From Mycobacteriales bacterium (GTDB lineage Bacteria > Actinomycetota > Actinomycetes > BP-191): a stretch of 64,000 nt of DNA. Below, in pieces: positions 9,804 through 19,210 of this stretch; the first letter of the stretch is position 1, and the number at the start of each line of letters is the position of its first letter. The stretch covers positions 9 to 64,008 of the forward strand of contig DATLOQ010000119.1 of assembly GCA_035536235.1 (NCBI GenBank). The letters are read 5' to 3'. The translations under genes and the position numbers were made by a program. A model generated the notes under the pieces. It ran no database searches and was not told the origin of the DNA. It saw only the letters and a list, made by a program, of their open reading frames with translations.

Positions 9804-10379
9804 ATGACGGTGGAGCCGGACGAGGCACCCGAGGCGTTCCGGTCGGCGGTGGCCGACCTGCGCGCGACGGAGGTCGACGTGGCCGTCACCATTCGGGAGA
9901 TCCCTGCGCCGGGCCGCCTGGCGCCGTACTCCTTCGCCCTCGCCGCCGAGGTGCTGCACGGAGACGACGAGCTGGCCGGCGGGCGCTTCGTCCTGTTGCA
10001 CGACCCAGCCGGCCAGGACGCCTGGGAGGGCACCTCGCGCATCGTCGCCTTCCTGTCCGCTGAGGTCGAGGAGGACATCGGCAACGACCCGCTGCTCCCC
10101 GAGGTCGGCTGGGCCTGGCTGCTCGACGCGCTGGCCGGGCACGACGCAGGCCACGTCGCCGCGGGCGGCACCGTCACGCGGACCTCGTCGTCGCGGTTCG
10201 GCATGATGGCCGGCGAGGACGACGGCTGCGACGTCGAGCTGCGCTGCTCGTGGACGCCGACCGGACCCTCGCTGGGGGCTCACCTGGCGGCCTTCTGCGA
10301 CGTGCTCTGCTCCATGGCTGGGCTGCCGCCGGCTTCGGCCGGCGTGGCGCGCCTGCCGCTGGGCCGCAGCAGGTCCTAG
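9804..10379 (+). CDS. DUF3000 family protein (Rv2680-like)
   Basis: Acidic ~190-aa protein MTVEPDEAPEAFRSAVADL... Conserved actinobacterial neighbour of rnd and hemE (M. tuberculosis Rv2680 context). Confidence 0.65.
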   Translation: MTVEPDEAPEAFRSAVADLRATEVDVAVTIREIPAPGRLAPYSFALAAEVLHGDDELAGGRFVLLHDPAGQDAWEGTSRIVAFLSAEVEEDIGNDPLLPEVGWAWLLDALAGHDAGHVAAGGTVTRTSSSRFGMMAGEDDGCDVELRCSWTPTGPSLGAHLAAFCDVLCSMAGLPPASAGVARLPLGRSRS

Positions 10380-10385
10380 CGCCGG

Positions 10386-11501
10386 TCAGCCACCGGTGAG
10401 GGCCTCTTCCGCACGGGCCTCCTTGGTGACAGCGTCAGTGCCGGAGCTCGGTACGCCGACCGCGGGTCGGCCGCCCGTGGGGACGTGCGGGAGCCTCAGC
10501 TGGAGAACCGTGCCGGCGGCCGGCATCGAGGACACCTCCAGCGTGCCGCCAGCCAGGCGAGCCCGCTCCCGAAGCAGCCCCAGCCCGACATGGCGACCCT
10601 TCTGCGGTCGCACCAGCGCCAGGTCGAAGCCGGGACCGGCATCGAGGACGGTCGCCACGATGCCGGTCTCGTCGACGACGAGCTGGGCCTCCGCCCACTC
10701 CACGTCGGCATGCTTGACGACGTTGAGCAGCGCCTCCTGGAAGAACCGGTAGATCGTCACCGCGGTCGCCAGCGGGAGCGGGTGGGCGACGTCCGGCCAC
10801 GCCAGATCGACGCTGAGCCCGTAGCGCTGCTGCAGCTCGTCACGGAGGTCGGCGACCGCGCCGGCCAGGTCACCTTCGCGCAGGGCCGGGGGTCGCGTGC
10901 GCGCCATGACCGCACGCACCTGCTCCTCCGCGTCGTCGGCGTAGTCCGCTGCGCGCCGCACGCTCTCCGGATCCCCGTCGGAGAGGGAGGAGCGCGTGAG
11001 GGCCAGCGACTGCGCGACGGTGTCGTGCAGCTCGGCGGCCAGCTGACCGCGGGCGCCCTCCTCGGCCGCCACCAGCCCGGAGAGCAGCTCGAACATCCCG
11101 GCCGACGCCGTTTCCGCCGTACGTCGGTGCCGTTCGCCCACCTCGTCCGCCACCCGCGCCCGCAGCGCCAGCGCCTCGAAGGTGCGGGCGAGGTCGTCGA
11201 TCTCGGCACAGAACATCGAGCCGGTCGAGCGCACCCCGCTGTCGGGTTCGGCGCTGCGTTGGACAGCGATCGACCTCAGCGAGCGCAGGCGGGAGACCAG
11301 GCGCCTGGCCAGCACGGCGGCCAGGGCAGCGGCGATGACGGACACCGCGGCCCCTGCCATGAGTCCCCGCGCCAGCGAGCTCCACGGGGCCACTCCGGAG
11401 ATGACGAAGGTCAGCGCCGTCGCGGTGCCGACCGCGAGGCTGCACAGGAGCACCACCGATGCCGCGAGCACACCCAGTGGCAGCCTTGGGCCACGGCTCA
11501 T
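10386..11501 (-). CDS. sensor histidine kinase, NarL class (HisKA_3 H-box ELHDTVAQSL, HATPase_c)
   Basis: Two N-terminal TM segments, H-box, and C-terminal ATPase G-boxes (DAGPGF, GLGL). ATG 11501 overlaps the upstream stop as ATGA. Confidence 0.8.
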   Translation of the reverse strand: MSRGPRLPLGVLAASVVLLCSLAVGTATALTFVISGVAPWSSLARGLMAGAAVSVIAAALAAVLARRLVSRLRSLRSIAVQRSAEPDSGVRSTGSMFCAEIDDLARTFEALALRARVADEVGERHRRTAETASAGMFELLSGLVAAEEGARGQLAAELHDTVAQSLALTRSSLSDGDPESVRRAADYADDAEEQVRAVMARTRPPALREGDLAGAVADLRDELQQRYGLSVDLAWPDVAHPLPLATAVTIYRFFQEALLNVVKHADVEWAEAQLVVDETGIVATVLDAGPGFDLALVRPQKGRHVGLGLLRERARLAGGTLEVSSMPAAGTVLQLRLPHVPTGGRPAVGVPSSGTDAVTKEARAEEALTGG

Positions 11502-12952
11502 GCCTGGTCCGCAAGGACACCGGTGGTCGTCCACTCCGTCGCGGCGCGGCCATGAGTCGGAGCGGTCGTGGGCTCCTTGGCTGCGGTCTCGGTCGCCACG
11601 GCTGCGCCGAGGCCGGGCTCAGCGGCGAGCACGATCGCCCCGAGCAGCGACGCCACGGCACGCTCCACGGCGTGCAGCTCGTCGACGATGTTGGTGACGT
11701 CGTGCGGACCGGTGGGAGAGGTGGCCAGCCGCGCCAGCCGGCCCGCCGACTCACGGAGGACGGTGAGGCTCGGCACGGTATGCGCACCGAGGTCCCCGAG
11801 GGCGCGCGCGGCCTCGTCGGCCGCGTCGGCGCGATCCAGGGCTGCGTCGCGAGAAGCGGTGAGGTCCGCGACGGACAGCCACGCCTCGGCCTGGCCGACG
11901 AGCACGTGCGCCAACGTGACCTCACGCCGGCCGAACCCGGCGGCGCCCCTCGGGCGCTGCGCATGCAGAACAGCCAGCGGGCTGTTGCTGTCGCCGAGCA
12001 CGGCGGAGCAGTACGGCCGGCCCTCGCTCATGCCGGTCGACACGCCGCGGTGCTCGACCGCGCGCACGGCCCACGGCTCGTTCAGCGCCGAAGAAGGGAC
12101 GCGGGCCCGCGACTTCACGCCGTACTCGTCTCCGGCGTAGCGCACCGGGCCGTCCGCGCCCATGAGGAGCAGCTCGACGTCCGCGCCGCCGAAGAGACGC
12201 GCCGCTGCCGTCAGCACCACCCGAGCAGAGGTGTCGACGCTCTGCCCGGTCGCCCGCTCCTGGCCTCTCGCCAGCTCGGTGAAGAGCCGGACCTCCGCGG
12301 CCCGCTGCGTCTGCTGGTCGTAGGAGAACCACAGCAGGAACATCGGGGCCAGCAAGCCGGACAGCCCGAGCGGAGCGTGGAGGACGAGCCAGCCGCCGAG
12401 GATGCCGACCGACGTGTTGCCCGCAGTGTGCAGCGCCGACATCGGCGCGGAGTCCCAGAGCAGCTCCGCCACACGACGGTGCGAGCTCGCTGCTATCGCG
12501 GCCGCGACAAGGAGGTGGTTCAGCAGCCAGAAGACGCCCATGCCGGCCGCGGCACCGATGATCCCCTCGCCGTTCCACACTGCCATCGCCACCGCCGCAC
12601 CGGTGGCGCAGGCGAACTGGGCGAGGTTGAAGGCGACTTTCAGCCGGGGCTGCCGGCGGGTCACCTGCGCCACGAGCACCCCGAGGAGGACCGCCAGGAC
12701 GATCCAGGAGCCTGGAGCGAAGACCAAGGACGCGCCGATCGCCCCATCTGTGCACGAGAAGGAGTAACGCTGGCGACCGAAGGTCAGGTGGACGACGGCT
12801 AGCTCACTGCCAGCGATCACCAGGCCCAGAACCGGAACTGCCCACCAGGCTGGCCGACCCCAATCGGTGACGGCCACGGTTAGCGCTGCCCCCACGAAGG
12901 CGAGCCAGCCGAGTGCGGTCACGCCCTGGGGCGGCGACATCCGGGCGATCAT
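11498..12952 (-). CDS. polytopic membrane protein with cytoplasmic GAF-like sensor domain, translationally coupled to the histidine kinase
   Basis: Six or seven N-terminal TM helices, then a soluble ~250-aa domain; the stop overlaps the HK start (ATGA). No kinase or output domain of its own. Confidence 0.55.
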   Translation of the reverse strand: MIARMSPPQGVTALGWLAFVGAALTVAVTDWGRPAWWAVPVLGLVIAGSELAVVHLTFGRQRYSFSCTDGAIGASLVFAPGSWIVLAVLLGVLVAQVTRRQPRLKVAFNLAQFACATGAAVAMAVWNGEGIIGAAAGMGVFWLLNHLLVAAAIAASSHRRVAELLWDSAPMSALHTAGNTSVGILGGWLVLHAPLGLSGLLAPMFLLWFSYDQQTQRAAEVRLFTELARGQERATGQSVDTSARVVLTAAARLFGGADVELLLMGADGPVRYAGDEYGVKSRARVPSSALNEPWAVRAVEHRGVSTGMSEGRPYCSAVLGDSNSPLAVLHAQRPRGAAGFGRREVTLAHVLVGQAEAWLSVADLTASRDAALDRADAADEAARALGDLGAHTVPSLTVLRESAGRLARLATSPTGPHDVTNIVDELHAVERAVASLLGAIVLAAEPGLGAAVATETAAKEPTTAPTHGRAATEWTTTGVLADQA

Positions 12953-13297
12953 CCGACGTCACCGTCGCTGCTCGGCAACACGCTCCACGACCCCGCGCTC
13001 CAGGAGCCGGCCCTGATCGCGGCGGCGTAGTCGGAGGGGCGGCCGTAGTGGTGGGTGTTCACGGGCGACCCTTTCGGCGACATCGATGGCGGCACTGCTA
13101 CTCATCGGCACGCGGTCAAGCCGACTTTCGTGTCTGGCGGAACGACGTTGGGACGAATGTCTGCTGCCCGTTGCGCCGAATGGGTGAGAAGCAATCGCTA
13201 CAGGCGGCCCGGTGTTCCGCCGAAGCCATTTGCACACGCGAGGTTGGCATTGGGTCCGGCGCATTCGTCGTCTCCCCACGCCGAGGAGGAGGCATAC

Positions 13298-13966
13298 GTG
13301 ACGACCGCGACTGAGGCGCTCGGCAAGGTCGTGCAGACCGGCTTCACCGCAATGGTGGTCGACGATCATCCGCTCGTTCGCGAATCCATGGTGACCCGAC
13401 TGCGGGCCATGGGCGCCGTCGACGTCGTGGAGGCCGCCAGCATCGCCGAAGCTCGTGCGCGGGCCGGCACTGGTGTCCGTGATGTCTGCGTACTCGACCT
13501 CGGTCTCCCTGACGGCTCGGGCCTCGAGCTGCTCGCCGACCTGCGGTTGGCCGGCTGGACTCGGCTCATCGTGCTGTCCGCGGCCGACGACCCGTACTCG
13601 GTTCGATCAGCGTTCGTCGCAGGTGCGCAGGGCTACCTGCTCAAGTCTGCGTCGCCGCACGTCGTTGCCGACGGCGTACGCCGAGTGCTGGACGGCGGGG
13701 TCTACGCCGACCCCTCGGTTGCCTCTCTGCTCGCCCAGGGTCTCCGCTCCGGCACCTCCAGTGATGGCGTCGGGGAGCTCTCCGGACGCGAGATCGAAGT
13801 TCTGCAGCTCGTGGCAGACGGCCGGTCCAACAAGCAGGTCGGCGAGCTGCTCGGCCTCTCCGCACTGACGGTGAAGAGCCACTTGGCCCGCATCGCGCGC
13901 AAGCTCGGCACCGGCGACCGTGCCGAGATGGTCGCACTTGCCATGCGAGCAGGCGTCATCCGCTAG
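13298..13966 (+). CDS. LuxR/NarL-family response regulator (REC + HTH)
   Basis: Receiver-domain Asp pocket (VVDDHP ... VLDLGLPDGSG) and C-terminal LuxR HTH (REIEVLQLVADGRSNKQVGELLGLSALTVKSHL). GTG 13298 is preceded by a GAGGAGGAGG ribosome-binding site. Confidence 0.85.
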   Translation: MTTATEALGKVVQTGFTAMVVDDHPLVRESMVTRLRAMGAVDVVEAASIAEARARAGTGVRDVCVLDLGLPDGSGLELLADLRLAGWTRLIVLSAADDPYSVRSAFVAGAQGYLLKSASPHVVADGVRRVLDGGVYADPSVASLLAQGLRSGTSSDGVGELSGREIEVLQLVADGRSNKQVGELLGLSALTVKSHLARIARKLGTGDRAEMVALAMRAGVIR

Positions 13967-14014
13967 GGCAACAATCCGCCCGGAGACGCCTCCGCCGTAC
14001 TACGGTCAGCAGAA

Positions 14015-15280
14015 ATGACCGCTATCGAGGGCCGGACGCAACCGGTCGACGAAGCTCCGGAGCAGTCGCCTGACCCGCCGCCGCAGGTGTACCCGCTGCT
14101 CGAGCTCGCCGACGGGATCCCACCCGTCGTCTCCTCGGAACGCGGCCTGAAGCAGGCGGTCGCCATCCTCGCCGCTGGCACCGGGCCGGTGGCGATCGAC
14201 GCCGAGCGGGCGTCGGGCTACCGCTACGGACAGCGCTGCTATCTCGTCCAGCTGCGCCGGTACGGCTCCGGGTCAGTGCTCATCGACCCGATCGGCTGTC
14301 CGGACCTGTCCTCCCTCGATGCCGTCCTGGCTGACGTCGAGTGGGTGCTGCACGCGGCCAGTCAGGACCTGCCCTGCCTGGCCGAGATCGGGCTGCGCCC
14401 GCAGCTGCTCTTCGACACCGAGCTGGCCGCTCGGCTAGCGGGCCATGAGCGGGTGGGCCTCGCCACGATGGTCGAGAAGGTGCTCGGCAGGCGTCTCGAC
14501 AAGGGCAGCTCATCTGCGGACTGGTCGCAGCGCCCGCTCACCCCGGCCATGCTGCGCTACGCGGCACTCGATGTAGAGCCACTGGTGGAGCTTCGCGACC
14601 ACCTTGAGGAGGAGCTCGAGCAGCAGGGCAAGCTGTCGTGGGCGCTGGAGGAGTTCGCTGCGGTGGCCGCAGCACCGACAGCCCCCCCTCGGGTCGAGCC
14701 GTGGCGGCGTACGTCGGGGCTGCACCGGATCCGACAGGCCCGCCAGCTCGCCGGCGTGCGCGCGATGTGGGAGCTGCGCGACGACATCGCCCGGCGACGC
14801 GACATCGCGCCGGGCCGCATCCTCTCCGACGCGGCCATCGTCGACGCGGTCCTCAAAGCTCCCGCTTCGCCCGAAGAGCTGGCCACCGTTCCGCCGTTCA
14901 ACGGCAAGTCTCTCCGCCGGCAGGTGGGCATGTGGCACCGGGCGCTTGCTGAAGCAGCGGCACTGCCCGTCGATGCGCTTCCGCAAGCCCACGGCACGTC
15001 CGACGGTGGCCCACCCCCCGCACATCGCTGGCTGGAACGCGACCCCGTGGCTGCCGCCCGGTTGGCGCGGGTGCGGGGAGCCGTGGCCGCCATCGCGGCG
15101 CAGCACACCCTCCCGGTCGAGAACCTCGTCGAGCCGGCCGTCATCCGCCGGGTCGCCTGGAGTCCACCCGCGCCGCTCACGGTCGACGTCGTAGCGGCCA
15201 CCATGCACGAGCTCGGGGCGCGGACCTGGCAGATCGCCTTGACGGCCAAGGTCGTCGTCGAGGCACTTGCGGAGCCGTGA
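14015..15280 (+). CDS. rnd: ribonuclease D (DEDDy 3'-5' exonuclease + HRDC)
   Basis: Full-length RNase D similarity; adjacent to DUF3000 as in mycobacteria (Rv2681). Confidence 0.85.
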   Translation: MTAIEGRTQPVDEAPEQSPDPPPQVYPLLELADGIPPVVSSERGLKQAVAILAAGTGPVAIDAERASGYRYGQRCYLVQLRRYGSGSVLIDPIGCPDLSSLDAVLADVEWVLHAASQDLPCLAEIGLRPQLLFDTELAARLAGHERVGLATMVEKVLGRRLDKGSSSADWSQRPLTPAMLRYAALDVEPLVELRDHLEEELEQQGKLSWALEEFAAVAAAPTAPPRVEPWRRTSGLHRIRQARQLAGVRAMWELRDDIARRRDIAPGRILSDAAIVDAVLKAPASPEELATVPPFNGKSLRRQVGMWHRALAEAAALPVDALPQAHGTSDGGPPPAHRWLERDPVAAARLARVRGAVAAIAAQHTLPVENLVEPAVIRRVAWSPPAPLTVDVVAATMHELGARTWQIALTAKVVVEALAEP

Positions 15281-15813
15281 CATCCGGCGGCCCCACTGCG
15301 AGCCCGGCCGACGACGTCATCATCGAGACCGCCCGGCTGCGCCTCGTCCCGATCGACTACGCGTTGGCCGCCCGAATTCTGGTCGGGGATCTCAGTGGCC
15401 TGGTCTGTGCCCCAGGGTGGCCGACGCCGGACACGCCTGACGCGCTCGGGGCATTCGTCGAGCACGGCGACTCCGCCGCCTTTGGCGGGTGGCTGATCTG
15501 CCGAGGCGACGACCAGACGATCATCGGTGACTGCGGTTGGCGCGGCGGTCCGGACCGTTCCGGCGACGTGGAGATCGGCTACGGCTTGGCCGCCTCCGCT
15601 CGCGGGCTGGGTCTCGGGACCGAGGCGATCGGCGGACTCGTGTCGTGGATCCGCACACAGCCCGGGGTACGCCGAGTTATCGCCGAGACGCTGGCGGACA
15701 ACGTGGCCTCGCGACGCCTCCTCGAGCGCCTCGGCTTCTCGTGGACATCCGACGTCCTCCCGCACGTCTGGTATGCCCTCCCCGTCACGGCTTTGGAAGT
15801 TACCCGTCAGTAG
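15277..15813 (+). CDS. GNAT family N-acetyltransferase (RimJ/RimL-like)
   Basis: GNAT fold motifs (VIAETLADNVASRRLLERLGF); start overlaps the rnd stop. Confidence 0.7.
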   Translation: MTSGGPTASPADDVIIETARLRLVPIDYALAARILVGDLSGLVCAPGWPTPDTPDALGAFVEHGDSAAFGGWLICRGDDQTIIGDCGWRGGPDRSGDVEIGYGLAASARGLGLGTEAIGGLVSWIRTQPGVRRVIAETLADNVASRRLLERLGFSWTSDVLPHVWYALPVTALEVTRQ

Positions 15814-15856
15814 GTAGGCTGCAGCCCCTTCAGCCCGACTGCAGCAAGGAGCTTCC

Positions 15857-17086
15857 GTGGGTGGCGGCAGCAGCGCCCGGCAAGTGCGGAACGTCGTCTT
15901 CGTCGACGGGCTGCGCACGCCGTTCGGCATCGGCAAGGCGACGGGGATGTACGCCGGCACACGAGCCGACGACCTAGTGGTGCGGGTCATCCGGGAGCTG
16001 CTGCGCCGCAACCCGAACCTGCCACCCGAACGGGTGGATGACGTGGCGATCGCGGCGACCACCCAGATCGGCGACCAGGGCCTGACGATCGGCCGGATGG
16101 CCGCTCTGCTCGCCGGGCTCCCCCAGTCCGTCCCTGGCTACGCCATCGACCGGATGTGCGCCGGCGCCATGACGGCGGTGACGACCTCGGCCAGCGGGAT
16201 CGGCATCGGCATGCAGGACGTCGTCATCGCTGGCGGAGTCGAGCACATGGGCCGCCATCCCATGGGCGAGGGCGTCGACCCCAACCCGCGCATCGTGAGC
16301 GAGCGCCTCGTCGACACCTCCGCCCTGGTCATGGGGGCGACCGCTGAGAACCTGCACGACCGGCTGCCCGACGTGACGCGTGAGCGGTGTGACGCGTTCG
16401 CCCTCGCGTCTCAGCACAAGGCCGCCGCCGCCATCGAAGCCGGCGTGATCGCTGAAGACCTGGCGCCGATGGCCACGTGGAGCGCGGCCGGCTGGGGTCT
16501 TGCGACAGCCGACGAGCCGCCACGCCCGGATACGACGCTGGCGGGACTCGCTGCCCTGCGCACGCCGTTCCGCGCCCATGGCCGGGTGACGGCGGGCAAC
16601 GCCGCCGGGATCAACGACGGTGCCACCGGCTGCATCCTCGCGGCCGAGGAGGTGGCCGCGGAGCTGGGCCTCACGGCGAAGATGCGGCTGGTCGGCTTCG
16701 GCTTCGCCGGGGTGGAGCCGGAGGTCATGGGAGTCGGGCCGATCCCCTCGACGGAGAAGGCCCTGGCCCGCTGCGGCCTGCAGATCTCCGACATCGGCGC
16801 GTTCGAGCTCAACGAGGCGTTCGCCGTGCAGGTGCTGGCCTTCTTCGACCACTTCGGGATTCCGGACGACGACAGGCGGGTCAACCCCTACGGCGGTGCC
16901 ATCGCCTTCGGCCACCCGCTCGCGTCCTCCGGCGTGCGGCTCATGACACAGCTCGCTCGCACCTTCGCTGCAGACCCGACCGTGCGCTACGGCATCACCG
17001 CGATGTGCGTCGGCATCGGCATGGGCGGCACGGTCATCTGGGAGAACACCCTGTGGAACGGGTCTGAGGGAGAGGCGACGTCGTGA
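15857..17086 (+). CDS. fadA: acetyl-CoA C-acyltransferase (3-ketoacyl-CoA thiolase)
   Basis: Thiolase active-site Cys region (IDRMCAGAM) and C-terminal GHP / CxG motifs. GTG start with an AAGGAG ribosome-binding site. Confidence 0.9.
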   Translation: MGGGSSARQVRNVVFVDGLRTPFGIGKATGMYAGTRADDLVVRVIRELLRRNPNLPPERVDDVAIAATTQIGDQGLTIGRMAALLAGLPQSVPGYAIDRMCAGAMTAVTTSASGIGIGMQDVVIAGGVEHMGRHPMGEGVDPNPRIVSERLVDTSALVMGATAENLHDRLPDVTRERCDAFALASQHKAAAAIEAGVIAEDLAPMATWSAAGWGLATADEPPRPDTTLAGLAALRTPFRAHGRVTAGNAAGINDGATGCILAAEEVAAELGLTAKMRLVGFGFAGVEPEVMGVGPIPSTEKALARCGLQISDIGAFELNEAFAVQVLAFFDHFGIPDDDRRVNPYGGAIAFGHPLASSGVRLMTQLARTFAADPTVRYGITAMCVGIGMGGTVIWENTLWNGSEGEATS

Positions 17087-19185
17087 CCGCGGAGACCACA
17101 GGAGTGCAGGAGAGCGAGGTCGTCACGTCCGCCTTCGTCCGGTACGTCGACCTGCCCCGGCGCGCCGGGCGTGCTGCGCTGGTCACGCTGGACAACGGCT
17201 TCGATCACACCAAGCCCACCACGTTCGGGCCGGGTGGACTCCGCTCGATCGACGTCGCACTCGACGAGGTGCTGGGCCGCGAAGACCTCGTCGCCATCGC
17301 CGTGACCGGCAAGAAGTTCATCTTCGCGGTCGGCGCGGACCTCTCGGGAGTGCCCCAGATCACCTCGCGCGATCAGGCACGGGAGGTCGGCCGGCTGGGC
17401 CATCGGGTGTTCGCGCGACTGGCCGACTCCGCGGTGCCGACGTTTGCCCTGATCAACGGCGCGGCGATAGGCGGCGGCCTCGAGATCGCTCTCGCCTGTC
17501 ACTACCGCACCGTTTCGAGTGGCGCAGCGCCGATCGCGCTGCCGGAGTGCTTCCTCGGTCTGGTCCCCGGCTGGGGTGGTACGCAGCTCCTGCCGAACCT
17601 CATCGGCCCGGACAGCGCACTGCGGGTGATCGTGGACAACGCACTGAACTCGAACAAGACGCTGCGCGCCCCGCAAGCCCTCGATCTCGGCATCGCCGAC
17701 GTGATGTTCTCCCCCGCCGACTTCCTCGAGCGATCGCTCGAGTGGGTGGCCGACGTCGTGCACGGCGACGTCACCGTGAGCCGGCCGGCGATCGATCGGG
17801 GACCCGGGTGGGAGGAAGCCGTGGCCCGCGCCCGGGCCAGCGTCGACGCCCGCCTGCACGGTTCGGCACCCGCGCCACTGCGCGCGCTGGATCTCGTCGC
17901 ACTGGCCCGGACGGCGAGCCGCGAGGAAGGCTTCGCCGCCGAGGACGAGGCGCTGGCCGACCTGGTCATGGGCGACGAGCTCCGGGCCGGCCTCTACTCC
18001 TTCGACCTGACCCAGAAGCGGGCGCGACGTCCTGTCGGCGCCCCCCGCGAGGGCGCCCGGGCGATCACCAAGGTAGGCGTGGTCGGCGCCGGTCTGATGG
18101 CCGGCCAGCTGGCCCTGCTCTTCGCGCAGCGCCTCGAAGTGCCGGTGGTCCTCACGGACATCGACCAAGAGCGCCTCGACCGCGGCGTCGGCCACGTCCG
18201 TGACGAGATCGCCACGCTGCACACGAAAGGCCGCATCTCTGCCGACCGAGCGCGCCGGCTCCACGGCCTGGTAACGGGCTCACTGAGCTTCGACGCCTTC
18301 GCCGATGCGGACTTCGTGATCGAGGCGGTCTTCGAGGAGATGAAGGTGAAGCAGCAGGTCTTCGCCCAGGTCGAAGCAGCTGTCTCCGACTCCTGCATCC
18401 TGGCCACCAACACCTCCTCTCTGTCGATCACCGAGATGGCCTCACAGCTCTCGCACCCCGAGCGCGTTGTCGGCTTCCACTTCTTCAACCCGGTGGCCGT
18501 GCTCCCCCTGCTCGAGGTCGTCCGCGCCGAGAGAACGGACGACGCGACGCTGGCGACGGCGTTCGCCGTCGCGAAGTCACTGAAGAAGTCCGCCGTGCTG
18601 GTCAAGGACGCGCCCGCCTTCGTGGTCAACCGCCTGCTCACCCGCTTTCTGGGAGAGGTCACCCGAGCCGTCGACGAGGGCGCCCCCTTCGACGTCGCCG
18701 ACCATGCGCTCGACCCGCTCGGCCTGCCCATGTCGCCGTTCCTGCTGCTGGCCCTCGTCGGTCCAGCAGTGGGACTGCACGTCGCGAAGACCCTGCACGA
18801 GGCCTACCCCGACCGCTATTACGTCAGCGCCAACCTGGAGCGGCTCGTCGCCGCCGGCAAGCCGGGCATCTACACCTGGGGCGCCGACGGGCAGCAGGTC
18901 GACCCGGACGTGGCGGCGATGTTCGCGCCGCGGCCCGGGGCCCAGCCGCCGACGGGGGCCGAGGTACGTGACCGAGCTCTGGCGGCGCTGGCGCAGGAGA
19001 TCCGGCTCATGCTGGACGAGGGCGTCGTCGCCGAGGCACAGGACATCGACCTCTGCCTGCTGCTGGGTGCCGGCTGGCCTTTCCACAATGGCGGCATCAC
19101 CCCGTACCTCGATCGGACCGGGGTGTCCGAGAGGGTCAACGGCAGCCGATTCCTCCCGAGAGGCGTGGCCTCGCTCCCCGCCTGA
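17083..19185 (+). CDS. fadB: fatty-acid oxidation multifunctional enzyme (enoyl-CoA hydratase / 3-hydroxyacyl-CoA dehydrogenase)
   Basis: 700 aa with an N-terminal crotonase fold and a C-terminal 3HCDH NAD-binding domain (VGVVGAGLMAGQ). GTGA overlap with fadA. Confidence 0.9.
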   Translation: MTAETTGVQESEVVTSAFVRYVDLPRRAGRAALVTLDNGFDHTKPTTFGPGGLRSIDVALDEVLGREDLVAIAVTGKKFIFAVGADLSGVPQITSRDQAREVGRLGHRVFARLADSAVPTFALINGAAIGGGLEIALACHYRTVSSGAAPIALPECFLGLVPGWGGTQLLPNLIGPDSALRVIVDNALNSNKTLRAPQALDLGIADVMFSPADFLERSLEWVADVVHGDVTVSRPAIDRGPGWEEAVARARASVDARLHGSAPAPLRALDLVALARTASREEGFAAEDEALADLVMGDELRAGLYSFDLTQKRARRPVGAPREGARAITKVGVVGAGLMAGQLALLFAQRLEVPVVLTDIDQERLDRGVGHVRDEIATLHTKGRISADRARRLHGLVTGSLSFDAFADADFVIEAVFEEMKVKQQVFAQVEAAVSDSCILATNTSSLSITEMASQLSHPERVVGFHFFNPVAVLPLLEVVRAERTDDATLATAFAVAKSLKKSAVLVKDAPAFVVNRLLTRFLGEVTRAVDEGAPFDVADHALDPLGLPMSPFLLLALVGPAVGLHVAKTLHEAYPDRYYVSANLERLVAAGKPGIYTWGADGQQVDPDVAAMFAPRPGAQPPTGAEVRDRALAALAQEIRLMLDEGVVAEAQDIDLCLLLGAGWPFHNGGITPYLDRTGVSERVNGSRFLPRGVASLPA

Positions 19186-19210
19186 TCCGCCCGCCGGCGG
19201 GGAAGCCAGC

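Noticed and set aside
12953-13297. Small ORFs (12959-13369 minus, 12913-13314 plus) in the regulator/kinase divergent spacer
   Set aside because: Low-complexity, overlapping each other; more likely promoter space for the divergent two-component genes.
14557-16062. 501-aa minus ORF across rnd/GNAT/fadA
   Set aside because: Ser/Arg/Ala-rich junk antisense to three well-supported genes.
19186-19210. GC palindrome CCCGCCGGCGGG between the convergent fadB and M64 peptidase genes, and a similar imperfect hairpin at 48845-48881
   Set aside because: Plausible terminators but short and GC-only without U-tracts. Recorded here rather than as features.
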